Source: an uncultured Bacillota bacterium | Lineage (GTDB): Bacteria; Bacillota_I; Bacilli_A; RF39; UBA660 | Direction of reading: 5' to 3' | DNA: 63,544 nt | Assembly: GCA_947246355.1 (NCBI GenBank) | Contig: CAMXQX010000001.1 | Location: 1-63,544, forward strand | Shown here: piece by piece, positions 27,794 through 38,844 of the stretch | Layout: every line of letters begins with the position of its first letter | How positions within the stretch are numbered: position 1 is the stretch's first letter | Notes under the pieces: model-generated | What the model saw: the letters and a program-made list of their open reading frames with translations, nothing else | Database searches by the model: none | Told to the model about the DNA's origin: nothing | Made by a program: the position numbers and the translations under genes

Positions 27794-29068
27794 TTATTCC
27801 TTATATTCAAATTCTAAATCAAGAATACGAATAGTATCCCCTTCTTTAGCGCCCATTTCTCTTAATTTATCGTCAATACCCATCTTACGAAGCTTCATCG
27901 CAAAACGTTCTGCAGCCTCATTCGTTTTAAAGCTAGTCATACGTAGAAGTTTCTCTACCTTGTCTCCTCGGACAACCCATACTCCATCTTCATTATAAAT
28001 GGTAAAAGGTTGTTCTACTTTAAATTGATAGAGGACGTGACTTTCAAATTTTTCTTCTTCATACAAAGGTTGTTTTGGAATTTCTTCTAATTTGTTTGCT
28101 AGAGCAAGAACAGCTTCCTCTAACCCTTTCTTCTCTGCAGCAGCGATGGGATAAATTTCGATATTTCTCACCTTTTCTTGAAATTGTTTTAAATTTTCTT
28201 CCGCTCCTTCTAAATCCATTTTATTCGCCAAAATAATTTGTGGTTTCTCTAGAATTTTAGGATTAAACGCTTCTAATTCTTGATTAATTAAAAGGTAGTC
28301 TTCATAAGGGTCTCTTCCCTCAAAACCACCCATATCGATCACATGAGCAAGCACTCTTGTTCTTTCAATATGCTTTAAAAATTGGTCGCCAAGCCCTTCT
28401 CCTAAAGAGGCTCCTTTAATTAAACCTGGTAAATCCGCAACAACAAAGGACTTGTTGTTCCTAGCCCTCACTACTCCTAAATTAGGTGTAATGGTGGTAA
28501 AATGGTAGGCAGCAATTTTGGGTTTTGATGCAGAAATCGAAGAGATAATAGTGGATTTTCCAACACTAGGTAATCCCACGAGCCCAACATCGGCAAGTAA
28601 CTTTAACTCGACTTTTACCTTTCTTATCTCACCTGGTTCTCCATTTTCTGAGAATGCGGGAGCTGGATTGGAGCGTGTTGCAAAAGCAATATTTCCTCTT
28701 CCTCCTCTTCCTCCATAGGCAATGGTTACTTCTTCATTTTCTTTTGTTAAATCAGCCATGATTAATCCTGTCTCCATATCGGTGATAATCGTTCCTGGTG
28801 GTACTTTAATGGTAATATCTTCTGCATTCTTCCCATGCATCCCTTTTCCAAGACCGTTGGCTCCTTTTTTTCCTTTGACAATACGGTGGTACTTTAAATC
28901 AATGAGCGTATTCAGACCCATATCTACTTTAAAAAGAATATTACTCCCTCTTCCCCCATTTCCTCCAAAAGGGCCTCCCATCGAAATATATTTTTCACGG
29001 CGAAAGGCCATACACCCATCTCCCCCATTTCCTGCATAGAGTTCCATCGTCACTTCATCAATAAACAT
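27794..29068 (-). CDS. obg: GTPase Obg/CgtA
   Basis: 424 aa. Obg fold (GNGGDGCMAFRREKY), G1 motif GLPSVGKST, and an OCT-like C-terminus. Confidence 0.94.
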   Translation of the reverse strand: MFIDEVTMELYAGNGGDGCMAFRREKYISMGGPFGGNGGRGSNILFKVDMGLNTLIDLKYHRIVKGKKGANGLGKGMHGKNAEDITIKVPPGTIITDMETGLIMADLTKENEEVTIAYGGRGGRGNIAFATRSNPAPAFSENGEPGEIRKVKVELKLLADVGLVGLPSVGKSTIISSISASKPKIAAYHFTTITPNLGVVRARNNKSFVVADLPGLIKGASLGEGLGDQFLKHIERTRVLAHVIDMGGFEGRDPYEDYLLINQELEAFNPKILEKPQIILANKMDLEGAEENLKQFQEKVRNIEIYPIAAAEKKGLEEAVLALANKLEEIPKQPLYEEEKFESHVLYQFKVEQPFTIYNEDGVWVVRGDKVEKLLRMTSFKTNEAAERFAMKLRKMGIDDKLREMGAKEGDTIRILDLEFEYKE

Positions 29069-29087
29069 AAGTAACCTCCTTTTTTGA

Positions 29088-29666
29088 CTATAATTTTATT
29101 TGTAGATTTGGATTTTTTTCTAACAAAATCGTTTTAATTTGGGAAATTTCTTCCCGCTTCTTTTCTGTGTCCCCAATTCTATACGTAGTTCCATCAATGA
29201 GAGTAAATTGTAAAGCATTTTCTGTTACTACTTCTAAACCAATCAAATAGGTTTTTGATACACTTTCAATTCTATCTAATTGTTGATAGGAAAAAGAGAC
29301 CATTTTACCAAGAAAAGTTCTATGCATTAAATAAATAGAAGTATCGGTTAGTAAAATATCTGCTTTATTCCAAAAAATGATTTTTTCAATATTTTTCTGT
29401 ATCTTTTTCCCTTTTCTGTGCTTTTTTAATTTGGAAAGAAAAGAAATAGCCTGCCAACTAGCAAGAACATAAATGGCAGTAAAAAGGCTTATGAACCCTA
29501 ACAAGCAGTAAAATATAAATTTGCCCTTTTGTTCCGTATAAGCATACTTTAATGAGCCATGATAAGAAAATAGCAAAAGAAGAATGGTAGCCATAGCAAA
29601 TAGAAGAAATTTTACACTCTCTTTTACTACTATTTTTTGAATACTATATTCTTCTATATTTTTCAT
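29088..29666 (-). CDS. Hypothetical membrane protein (2 TM + C-terminal PH-like/YdbT-like domain, tentative)
   Basis: 192-aa ORF with two hydrophobic helices followed by a soluble ~100-aa domain. It occupies the position between rpmA and obg. Confidence 0.55.
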   Translation of the reverse strand: MKNIEEYSIQKIVVKESVKFLLFAMATILLLLFSYHGSLKYAYTEQKGKFIFYCLLGFISLFTAIYVLASWQAISFLSKLKKHRKGKKIQKNIEKIIFWNKADILLTDTSIYLMHRTFLGKMVSFSYQQLDRIESVSKTYLIGLEVVTENALQFTLIDGTTYRIGDTEKKREEISQIKTILLEKNPNLQIKL

Positions 29667-29737
29667 ACCCGCAACTCCTTTTCTAAATTCATTCTACCAT
29701 AGTTTTTCTATTTTTAAAAGCAAAGAAAAAGAAAGAA

Positions 29738-30028
29738 TTAAACTCTTTCTTCGTAAACACTTGCCTGTTTTTTTTCTTTTCCAAGTCTTTCAAACTTTAC
29801 ATATCCATCTATTTTAGCATAGATGGTATCGTCTTTTCCAATACCTACATTTTTCCCTGGATAAATTTTTGTTCCACGTTGACGATAAAGAATGGAACCT
29901 CCTGTTACAAACTCACCATCGCTTGCTTTGGCTCCAAGGCGTTTTGATTCAGAATCACGTCCATTTTTCGTAGAACCTTGCCCTTTTTTATGGGCAAATA
30001 ATTGAATCGATAATTCCATGAATTTCAT
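29738..30028 (-). CDS. rpmA: 50S ribosomal protein L27 with an N-terminal propeptide
   Basis: M(KFM)[28 protein letters not shown]. Propeptide-type N-terminus as in Firmicutes that encode Prp. Confidence 0.93.
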   Translation of the reverse strand: MKFMELSIQLFAHKKGQGSTKNGRDSESKRLGAKASDGEFVTGGSILYRQRGTKIYPGKNVGIGKDDTIYAKIDGYVKFERLGKEKKQASVYEERV

Positions 30029-30039
30029 AGGTACACCTC

Positions 30040-30345
30040 CTATTCATTTATTTTTATATTTTTTGGATATTGTTTCTCTAATTCTTTTAATAAAGAAATC
30101 AAATTTTCCATTAATAAATCAACAACTTTGGAATGTTTTTCCATTACAATTTGGACATACCCCTCATCTTTACTATAAGATAGACTTTTATTGTCATACC
30201 TTAAAGTGGCATTCACTGTTGTAATTACCATTGTACTTACACTCGCACAAACAATATCTTTTCCATAGTCATCGTAAAGGGCATGCCCTTTTATTTCCAA
30301 AGAAGAAATCATTTTTCCTTCTTTTTTTATACTGATTTTAATCAT
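30040..30345 (-). CDS. prp: Ribosomal-processing cysteine protease Prp
   Basis: 101 aa between rplU and rpmA, with motifs GHA...DIVCASVS. Confidence 0.88.
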   Translation of the reverse strand: MIKISIKKEGKMISSLEIKGHALYDDYGKDIVCASVSTMVITTVNATLRYDNKSLSYSKDEGYVQIVMEKHSKVVDLLMENLISLLKELEKQYPKNIKINE

Positions 30346-30347
30346 GA

Positions 30348-30650
30348 TTAAGCTTTAATATCTTTAATTTCCACTTTTGTGTATGGTTGACGATGTCCTT
30401 GTGTTTTACGATATTTTTTCTTTGGATTGTATTTAAAAATACGAATTTTCTTATTCTTACCATGTTTTACAACAGTAGCAGTAACTTTGGCTCCCTTAAC
30501 ATAAGGCATTCCAACGTTGCCATTGGCCATTAAAACATTCTCAAATGTAATATCGCTTCCTGCTTCCGCATCCAATTTTTCAACATATAAAACAGTTCCA
30601 ACTTCAACATAATATTGTTTTCCGCCTGTTTCAATAACTGCTTTCTTCAT
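30348..30650 (-). CDS. rplU: 50S ribosomal protein L21
   Basis: 100 aa: [15 protein letters not shown]...[24 protein letters not shown]. Confidence 0.94.
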   Translation of the reverse strand: MKKAVIETGGKQYYVEVGTVLYVEKLDAEAGSDITFENVLMANGNVGMPYVKGAKVTATVVKHGKNKKIRIFKYNPKKKYRKTQGHRQPYTKVEIKDIKA

Positions 30651-30748
30651 TCAGTTTACCTCCTTTAATTTTCTAAGACTCACTATGAAGGTACGTGAAC
30701 CCACGTTTTCACCTTTTCTATGTGGTTGTAGAGTGAGGCCCTACACAA
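30651..30748 (-). ncRNA. Structured 5' leader of rplU-prp-rpmA (candidate L21 ribosomal-protein leader)
   Basis: ~100-nt leader with a local hairpin ACGUG-GGUU-CACGU and possible long-range pairing between CUCACU and AGUGAG. Position matches Firmicute L21 leaders. Not verified with a covariance model. Confidence 0.4.
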
Positions 30749-30754
30749 CTATAG

Positions 30755-30783
30755 ATTTTAACATAAAAGAAAATAGAAATCAA
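30755..30783 (-). promoter_or_regulatory. Candidate promoter of the rplU operon
   Basis: Minus strand reads TTGATT-17 nt-TAAAAT. Confidence 0.5.
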
Positions 30784-30799
30784 TCCCTTTTCCTAGAAA

Positions 30800-31570
30800 T
30801 TACTCTTCATCAAGTCTTTTCCCACATAAAAAGCAAACGGAGGCATCCATTCCTAATTTCGTGCCACAATTAGGGCATTCTCTATATGTATCCATATCTA
30901 AAACGTCTTCTTTTTTTTCCTCAACATATTGGACTTTTTCCATCGCATGCATCGGACTTCCTACATCCAACGTTACAACAGGAGCAATAGTGTTTTCCAT
31001 CATCTCTGCACTAGAAGTGCCTTTAGTAGAATCGTTTACCATATAAGAATCTGTTAAATTTTGCTCTAGAGGCCCTATAACACTTTCTTGCATTGGTACC
31101 TGGAATTCAGTTTCCACCTCTTGCTTCCCCTCTTCATAAATCTCGTCCAAATCTGGCATTGCTCCAAGAGGCGCAATAGGACCATGCATCAACATTTCTT
31201 CTTTTTCTAAACTCTCGTCCTCTGTTGGAATAAAAGATTCCCTTTGCTTACTAAAGGCCAATATAGGAAAGAAAATAAAAGGAAAAAGCAAAAGTCCAAT
31301 CGCAAAGCTCCTCGCCTTTCCCAACCGATCAGCCAATGCTGCAAAAACCAAATATGTAATATAAATATTCACACCAGGAATAAAAAAGAGAACCAGCATC
31401 CAATTTGAAAGGTTGGCTAATCGAAACAAAGCTAAAATATTCCATATAGGAATAAGCGCTTTCCATCCTGCAATGCCTGCCTTTTGATAACTTTTCACCA
31501 TCGTATACATTTCAAAAACAAAAAACAGAATACAGAAAATAGCTATCAAAATAAATAAAATTTTTTCCAT
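30800..31570 (-). CDS. Membrane protein with a C-terminal zinc-ribbon
   Basis: 256 aa with four predicted TM segments (motif AGIAGWKALIPIWNILALF), an acidic linker, and a C-terminal CPNCGTKL...CFLCGKRL. Confidence 0.65.
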   Translation of the reverse strand: MEKILFILIAIFCILFFVFEMYTMVKSYQKAGIAGWKALIPIWNILALFRLANLSNWMLVLFFIPGVNIYITYLVFAALADRLGKARSFAIGLLLFPFIFFPILAFSKQRESFIPTEDESLEKEEMLMHGPIAPLGAMPDLDEIYEEGKQEVETEFQVPMQESVIGPLEQNLTDSYMVNDSTKGTSSAEMMENTIAPVVTLDVGSPMHAMEKVQYVEEKKEDVLDMDTYRECPNCGTKLGMDASVCFLCGKRLDEE

Positions 31571-31860
31571 CGTATACTCACCAACATTATTATACTAAAT
31601 TCATAACCCTTTAACAAGCTATGAGAAACAGTTTCAAAACAAAATTTCCCCTATTTCCTATTTTTTATCTTTAACTAGCACAACGGGTTAAATTAGAATA
31701 TTGAGATTTATTTGATATACTAGAAATGGATAGAGCACCTAAATATGATAATTATACTCCAAATGATGTTATCAATAGAATTTTTGTCATTATCTAAATC
31801 GAAAATACAAAAGCCATAGAAATACACATATTATTTAAACATTATCATTATAAGATTTTA

Positions 31861-32045
31861 ATTTTCAAAGGTAGTAAATTCGTAATAAAAATTAGAAATT
31901 TTTAAAGTATTAATTTAAATGTTAAAAAATACTATGGAATGTCCATAGTATTGGTATATATTTTTATAAGCGAGACTAGTGGCGCGGCCACTAAAGTCTC
32001 GTCCTAATAAGGTATAGTATTACCCTTATTATGTAGCATGTAGCA
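31861..32045 (-). repeat. Left copy of a ~190-bp repeat unit (inverted relative to the 36731..36930 copy)
   Basis: The reverse complement aligns with 36731..36930. A 33-nt core (32005..32037) is identical. GC-rich hairpin at 31971..32001, AT-rich hairpin TAATAAGG/CCTTATTA, and two GCTACAT heptads (32031..32044). Confidence 0.85.
31871..31889 (-). repeat. TTTAYTAC-N3-TTTACTAC box (site 4)
   Basis: Reverse complement reads TTTATTAC-GAA-TTTACTAC. Lies inside the left repeat unit. Confidence 0.7.
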
Positions 32046-32077
32046 AAATACTTTAAAATCTTTTTAAATTATAACTC

Positions 32078-32533
32078 TTAAATTTTTATTGTGCCGTTTT
32101 TGATTTTATCTATTATTGCTTTTGCCCTTGATTCCATATTTGGTAAATTATTGAGTGAAAAAAATTTTAATTCTTTGCTTTCATTATCTGATACTTTAAT
32201 TGTCCCAGTATAATTTAATACTTTAAATAAAACTATAACTGTGCACATTTTATCCCCATTAGGATATTCAAAATAATATTCTTTTCCAGACAACACATCA
32301 ACAAGTTCTAAGTTACTAGCTGTAATTCCTGCTTCCTCTTTTAATTCTCTTATAGCAGTATCTTTAATATTTTCGTATAATTCCATTGATCCACCGGGAA
32401 TACCCCAAGTATTTGTATCACTTCTTAAATTTAATAGCAATTCATTTTTATTATTAAATACTAGTGTAGTTGCACCAAGACCTATAATAGGTTCATGGCC
32501 AACATACTTTCTTAAATTCATTATATATCCCAT
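32078..32533 (-). CDS. NUDIX hydrolase
   Basis: 151 aa with an intact Nudix box, GGSMELYENIKDTAIRELKEEAGI. Confidence 0.88.
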   Translation of the reverse strand: MGYIMNLRKYVGHEPIIGLGATTLVFNNKNELLLNLRSDTNTWGIPGGSMELYENIKDTAIRELKEEAGITASNLELVDVLSGKEYYFEYPNGDKMCTVIVLFKVLNYTGTIKVSDNESKELKFFSLNNLPNMESRAKAIIDKIKNGTIKI

Positions 32534-32657
32534 TTTTTCCTCACTTTCATTTTGATACTATTATATCATGTTTTTAGTTATTTATTTGAAGTAATAGTTA
32601 GCTTATTTATAAAAATGGATAATTTTAAAAATCTTATTACCAATTTTGTATTTAAAA

Positions 32658-32676
32658 GTAGTAATTTAGTAGTAAA
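32658..32676 (-). repeat. TTTACTAC-N3-ATTACTAC box (site 3)
   Basis: Reverse complement reads TTTACTAC-TAA-ATTACTAC. Lies in the intergenic region between the csp gene and the Nudix gene. Confidence 0.7.
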
Positions 32677-32771
32677 TTATCTTAAAATTTTTACATATTA
32701 ACTTTTAAATAAAAATAGCCGTTTTTCTCCACAAAAAAATTGAGAATTCACTCAATTTTTCTGAAAAAGAT

Positions 32772-32984
32772 TTATAAAACAGTAACATTTACTGCTCTAA
32801 ATTTTGTTTCATCTTTTGGATCTTTTTCCACATCAAAAGACACCTTTTGTCCTTCTTCTAGTGTTTTGAATCCAGTTCCATTAATAGCTGAAAAATGAAC
32901 GAATATACTTTCATTTGTTTCATCTACAGTAATAAAACCATATCCTTTTTCACTATTGAAAAATTTTACAATTCCTGTTTTCAT
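32772..32984 (-). CDS. Cold-shock protein (CspA family)
   Basis: Start moved to the ATG at 32984 ([18 protein letters not shown]) with a GAGGAGGA RBS. RNP1 and RNP2 motifs are present. A long AT-rich upstream region could be a 5' UTR. Confidence 0.92.
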   Translation of the reverse strand: MKTGIVKFFNSEKGYGFITVDETNESIFVHFSAINGTGFKTLEEGQKVSFDVEKDPKDETKFRAVNVTVL

Positions 32985-33427
32985 TTCTATCCTCCTCGCC
33001 TTATATTTCATACAACGATTTTATAGAACAAAATTCAAAAAAATATAATTTTTTACTTTCTAAGCACAATATATAAGTTTTTTTCTTACTTTGTCCTTAC
33101 ACGATTTCCCCATATAATGTAGTTATTTCATTTAATGAAATTTTTTACATTATAAGAGTAGTCTCAATCACTTTTTATTTCTAATTTTCCTATTTTTTAT
33201 TCGTTACTATTCCCCAATTATTTTTTTAGTTAAACAATTGTGGATTTTTCTGTAGGAAGAAATTTCTTAGAAAATAAAAAGAATAAAATTTGCATTGTGT
33301 AAAACATAGATTTATCGTATCACGCATTTACAAAAATGTAAATACAAATGAAAGGATTTCTAAAGTTTTAGTAACACAGCAAATATTTATTATATATCAC
33401 TCTTTTTATTGCTATATGCACGTTTTA

Positions 33428-34693
<1,266 letters not shown>

Positions 34694-36023
34694 TTATAAC
34701 GCATTTACAATTCTTTTAAATTCTGCTCCTCTATCTTCGAAACTTTTATATTGATCCCAAGAAGCACAGGCTGGGGACAAAAGTACAGTATCTCCCTCCT
34801 CTGCATCACAACTGGCTTTTTTGGTTGCTTCCTCTAAATTTTCAAATACAAAGCAATCGATCCCATTTCGAACACAAAATTCTTTAATTTGCTCTTTAGT
34901 CTCTCCGTAGCATAGAACTTTTTTTACCTGTTTCATACTTTCCTTTAACTCATCAAATGGTATATTGCGATTTAATCCACCCATGATTAAAAGAACTGGC
35001 GTTGCAAACGATTGAAGTGCAATTTCGGTTGCTTTATTATTCGTAGATTTTGAATCATTATAGTAAGCCACTCCCTTTTTATTTCGCACAAATTCAATAC
35101 GATGCTCTACTCCAGAAAAGGTGGTTAAAACTTTTCGTATTACTTCATTGGAAACAGAAAACTGTTTTGCTACCAAAATCGCCGCCATACTATTTTCTAA
35201 ATTGTGTTCTCCTTTTAATAAAATGGATTCTATATCTATAATTTTCCCTTGTTGATTATAAATGGCATTTTCTTTTATAAAAATATCTGCAACTGTTTCT
35301 CTTTTTGAAAAATAAAGTTTTAAAGAAGGAATACTGGACACTAAATCCATAGAATACTTATTTTCTTTATTTAAAATAGCGATATTTTCTTTGGTATGAT
35401 GATTAAATATTCGCCTTTTCATCTCGACATATCTTTCAAAAGAATCATGGAAATCAAGATGCACTTCCTCATAAATATTGGTTAAAACACTGATATTTGT
35501 TTTAAAGTCATACATATCACAAAGTTGGTGATCGGAGATTTCTAAAACCAAAATATCGTCTTTTTTTATTTCATCTACAAACTGTGTGAGTGGTGTTCCT
35601 ATATTTCCACCTAAATAAACAGAGTGTCCTGCCTCTTTTAATAAGGTATAAATCAAAGTAACTGTTGTCGTTTTTCCATTGGAACCCGTTACACCAATAA
35701 TTTTTGTCTCTTTATTCAAAAAAGGCAAGCTCCAATTCATTGATAACAGGAATTTTCAATTCCTTTGCTTTTAATACACAAGGATTATCATACTTAATTC
35801 CTGGATTTTTAATGACATAATCCAATTTTTCATGCACTAAATCTTCTTGTTTTTCGGTAATAACAACCGTAACACCAAGATTCTTTAATTCTTCTATTTT
35901 TTCTTCCTCTTGTTCCTTCCTATCTGTAACTACAATATGATTTTGATATTTACTTAAATATTTGGCTGCTTCATAACCACTTCGTGCCATTCCTAGTATT
36001 AAAATTTCTTTATTTTCAAACAT
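34694..36023 (-). pseudogene. murD: UDP-N-acetylmuramoylalanine--D-glutamate ligase (MurD) interrupted by a +1 frameshift in a T6 run
   Basis: The N-terminal 103-aa ORF (Rossmann-like, ...PVINELELAFFE*) and the 348-aa ORF (..LNKETKIIGVTGSNGKTTT...) are consecutive MurD parts in different frames. The junction is GCCTTTTTTGAATAA; the run is A6 on the plus strand at 35718..35723. Removing one T restores ...ELAFLNKETKIIGVTGSNGKTTT. Confidence 0.8.
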
Positions 36024-36132
36024 TCTATCACCTCCTTTATTTTATCAAAATAATTAAAACTTGTTAAGTAAAAGTTTACTTTTTAATAAAACTCCTTTAT
36101 ATCTAAAGAAATCTACAAAATTATAGTATTTT

Positions 36133-36151
36133 TTTACTACTAATTTACTAC
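36133..36151 (+). repeat. TTTACTAC-TAA-TTTACTAC box (site 2)
   Basis: Exact tandem octamers with 11-bp phasing, about 110 bp upstream of the murD start. Confidence 0.7.
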
Positions 36152-36179
36152 TTTATAATTAACTTTAAATGCAATTTTA

Positions 36180-36605
36180 TTATAGTTTCCAAGTTCGTCC
36201 ATCATTTAATTTAAAATTAGGATTAGGATTCATTTTTATATTAAATTCTTTAATATATTTATCCATCTCCTCTTTTGAAATATATCCTTCGGAATATGGT
36301 ATATTATCATTTTTAGAAATATAAATATCTTTTATACCGCTTATAAAAGGCATTCTATCATAGATATACAAAACGTCTGCCATAAATCCAATATGTTCAT
36401 CATAATGCTTGGCTTTTTCTGGTGTATATTGTTTCTCTACTTCTTCAATTAAAATTGAGCAGTCGCCTCCATCCCAATGTTCATCTTTATAATTTTTTAA
36501 GCACAGTGAGGGAAAATTATCTCCTATTTTTCTATATTCCACGTCAACAATTATATAATAATCATTATTCCCAATTTTAATTCTTTTTGATATTTCCATC
36601 TTCAA
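36180..36605 (-). CDS. Hypothetical protein
   Basis: 141-aa ORF, very AT-rich, no family recognised. Confidence 0.55.
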   Translation of the reverse strand: MKMEISKRIKIGNNDYYIIVDVEYRKIGDNFPSLCLKNYKDEHWDGGDCSILIEEVEKQYTPEKAKHYDEHIGFMADVLYIYDRMPFISGIKDIYISKNDNIPYSEGYISKEEMDKYIKEFNIKMNPNPNFKLNDGRTWKL

Positions 36606-36730
36606 TTTCTCCTTTTAGTATTGTTTTATAATTAAATTTAACTTATACGTTAATTTTAGTAAATTATACCAATTTTCTATGATATTGTCATCAGTTTCAA
36701 TAATTTTAATTGGCATCTACAAAACATTAT

Positions 36731-36930
36731 TGCTACATGCTATATGCTACATAATAAGGGTAATACTATACCTTATTATGGCGAAGACTTGAGTGGCTAT
36801 GCCACTAAGTCTCGCTTTTATAAATAGATACTCTTATACTGTGCAATGTCATAGTATTTTTTAAATATTTAAAATTAATACTTTAAAAGATTTCTAAATT
36901 TTTACTACTAATTTACTACTTTTGAAAGTG
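36731..36930 (+). repeat. Right copy of the ~190-bp repeat unit
   Basis: Three heptads GCTACAT/GCTATAT/GCTACAT (36732..36752), the identical 33-nt core (36746..36778), a GC-rich hairpin (36782..36814) followed by CTTTTAT, and an AT-rich tail containing box site 1. Confidence 0.85.
36901..36919 (+). repeat. TTTACTAC-TAA-TTTACTAC box (site 1)
   Basis: Exact tandem octamers, about 200 bp upstream of the FemAB-family gene. Confidence 0.7.
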
Positions 36931-37120
36931 AAAATATAAGAAATTATAACAATTTATAAGAATATCCTTCAAAAATAAAAATGCTGTAAACGCTTATAAA
37001 TAAAGGTTATAACACTATTTAAGGACTTATAAAAGAACAATCAAAAACTACTATATTTTTAATATAAAATCTATATTTTTTCTGTTTATTTGTGTTATAA
37101 TACTTTGGATTGGAGGAAAT

Positions 37121-38368
37121 ATGAAAATTACAGAACTTACCAATGACGAATTTGACCTTTTTTTAAAAAATTGTCCCCTGTTTTCGATTTACCAAACTGT
37201 CGAATACGCCCTTTTAATGAATACAGAAGGATTTGATAGCATTTTGCTTGGATTAAAAGAACAAGAGAAAGTGGTAGCTGCCTCTGTTCTTTTGATTGAA
37301 AAAAGAACAAAATATAAAATTGCTTACGCCCCAAGAGGCTTCTTGATTGATTACCAAAATACTTCCCTTTTAAAAACATTTACAAAAGAGGCTATAAAAT
37401 ATTTAAAAAAATTAGGCATCATGTCTATTCGACTCAATCCTCTACTCATTAGACATACATATAATATGAAAGAAGGTACTTTCGTAAAAGAGGAAAACTT
37501 TGATTCTATCTTTCATTCTTTAAAAAAACTCGGTTACAGACATTTGGGTTTTAATGCGTATTTTGAGGGAATAAAGCCAAGATTTGTTGCATTAATTGAT
37601 TTAAAAAAGGCCTACTATGAAATCTTCAATGGGATTAAAAAAGAATACCGAACCAAGATTAGAACCGCTTCTAAACTTGGAATCGAAGTCCATCTAGGTA
37701 CAGAAAATGAACTTTCTTATCTTTATAACCACACGCAAAATAAATATCCTAGAGATTTGGCTTATTTTACAAAAGCATATCAATACTTTAAACGAAAAAA
37801 TAAAATTGATTTTTTCTATACAAAGCTTAATACAATTGCTTATTTGAAGCATGCACAAGAAGAGTACCAAAAACAAATACTCATTTATAATGAAATTCTT
37901 GTAAACATCAATACAGATTTAAAAAATCGTGAAAAATGGATTAACGAAAAAATGAAACAAGATCAAAGAATAGAAAAGAGAAAACAGGAATTAATGAAAG
38001 CCACTACCTTATTAAAAGAAAATCCAAATGGGATTATAACTTCCTCCCTTCTTATTATTAAAGAAAAAAAAGAAGCCGTTGTCTTTATGGATGGATACAA
38101 TCCAAAATACAAGTCTTTCCATTCCAAACACCTACTAATTTGGAAATTGTGTGAAAAATACGCGAGTGAGGGTTATGAACGACTCAATTTAGGGGGGATT
38201 GTCCAAGTGACATTAAAAGAAAATAAATATGCTGGTTTAAATCAATTTAAACTCAACTTTGGTGGGCAAGCAATTGAGTATGTTGGTGACTTTGAACTTA
38301 TTGTCAATCATTACTTTCATTTTTTAAATAAAAGTATTATCCCTATTCCAGAGATAATGAAAAAATAA
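37121..38368 (+). CDS. FemAB-family peptidoglycan interpeptide-bridge aminoacyltransferase
   Basis: 415 aa. The N-terminus (FSIYQTVEYALLM...YAPRGFLIDY), the central coiled-coil insert and the C-terminal GNAT-like half are typical of FemX/FemA/MurM proteins. Confidence 0.8.
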   Translation: MKITELTNDEFDLFLKNCPLFSIYQTVEYALLMNTEGFDSILLGLKEQEKVVAASVLLIEKRTKYKIAYAPRGFLIDYQNTSLLKTFTKEAIKYLKKLGIMSIRLNPLLIRHTYNMKEGTFVKEENFDSIFHSLKKLGYRHLGFNAYFEGIKPRFVALIDLKKAYYEIFNGIKKEYRTKIRTASKLGIEVHLGTENELSYLYNHTQNKYPRDLAYFTKAYQYFKRKNKIDFFYTKLNTIAYLKHAQEEYQKQILIYNEILVNINTDLKNREKWINEKMKQDQRIEKRKQELMKATTLLKENPNGIITSSLLIIKEKKEAVVFMDGYNPKYKSFHSKHLLIWKLCEKYASEGYERLNLGGIVQVTLKENKYAGLNQFKLNFGGQAIEYVGDFELIVNHYFHFLNKSIIPIPEIMKK

Positions 38369-38431
38369 CACACCATTACTATTTTGCCTTTTTCATAAAT
38401 TATGTTACAATAGCTCTACTAGGAGGTAAAA

Positions 38432-38767
38432 ATGAAAACTTTACAAAAAAGAAAAATAAGGCTATGGGGTGGAACCATTCTTTTAAGTGCCGCTCTTTTC
38501 AGTACATCTTATTCTCTTCAAAAAGAAAATAAGAGGAGAAATGCCTTCTTTCCAAATAGGGTAAAAGAAGCAGAAATGCATGTAGAAGCATGGATGAAAC
38601 TGTATTTAGAACCACAAATAGAAGAAATAAAACAACAACTGTATTTTTCTCCCTCGAAGAACGCTAAAGATTTATATCCTTCCTCTCTTGCCTTAGAAAA
38701 AGAAATAGAACGCTTTTATCCTACCTTTTTCTTAAATGAAAAAACAATTCAAAAGATTAAAAAATAA
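38432..38767 (+). CDS. Hypothetical membrane-anchored protein
   Basis: 111-aa ORF with a GGAGG RBS and an N-terminal TM or signal anchor. Confidence 0.55.
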   Translation: MKTLQKRKIRLWGGTILLSAALFSTSYSLQKENKRRNAFFPNRVKEAEMHVEAWMKLYLEPQIEEIKQQLYFSPSKNAKDLYPSSLALEKEIERFYPTFFLNEKTIQKIKK

Positions 38768-38785
38768 CGAATTCTTCCTTATTTT

Positions 38786-38817
38786 AAAAAAAGTGTCCCT
38801 TTTAAGACACTTTTTTT
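38786..38817. terminator. Bidirectional terminator between the 111-aa gene and pheT
   Basis: A7-AGTGTC-CCTTTTAA-GACACT-T7, between convergent genes. Confidence 0.65.
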
Positions 38818-38844
38818 GATTGTAGCTCTTTTTCAATTTTTCCT

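Noticed and set aside
33011-33427. The AT-rich palindrome ATTTACA-TTTT-TGTAAAT downstream of eno, considered as an intrinsic terminator, and promoter hexamers for the csp gene.
   Set aside because: The hairpin is A/U-only and is not followed by a U run. I could not find a -35/-10 pair with acceptable spacing, so I do not annotate either element.
36800-36870. Small peptide ORFs inside the repeat units (e.g. MPLSLAFINRYSYTVQCHSIF on the plus strand), considered as a possible type I toxin.
   Set aside because: The reading frames are not conserved between the two repeat copies, and the peptides lack a hydrophobic TM-like character.
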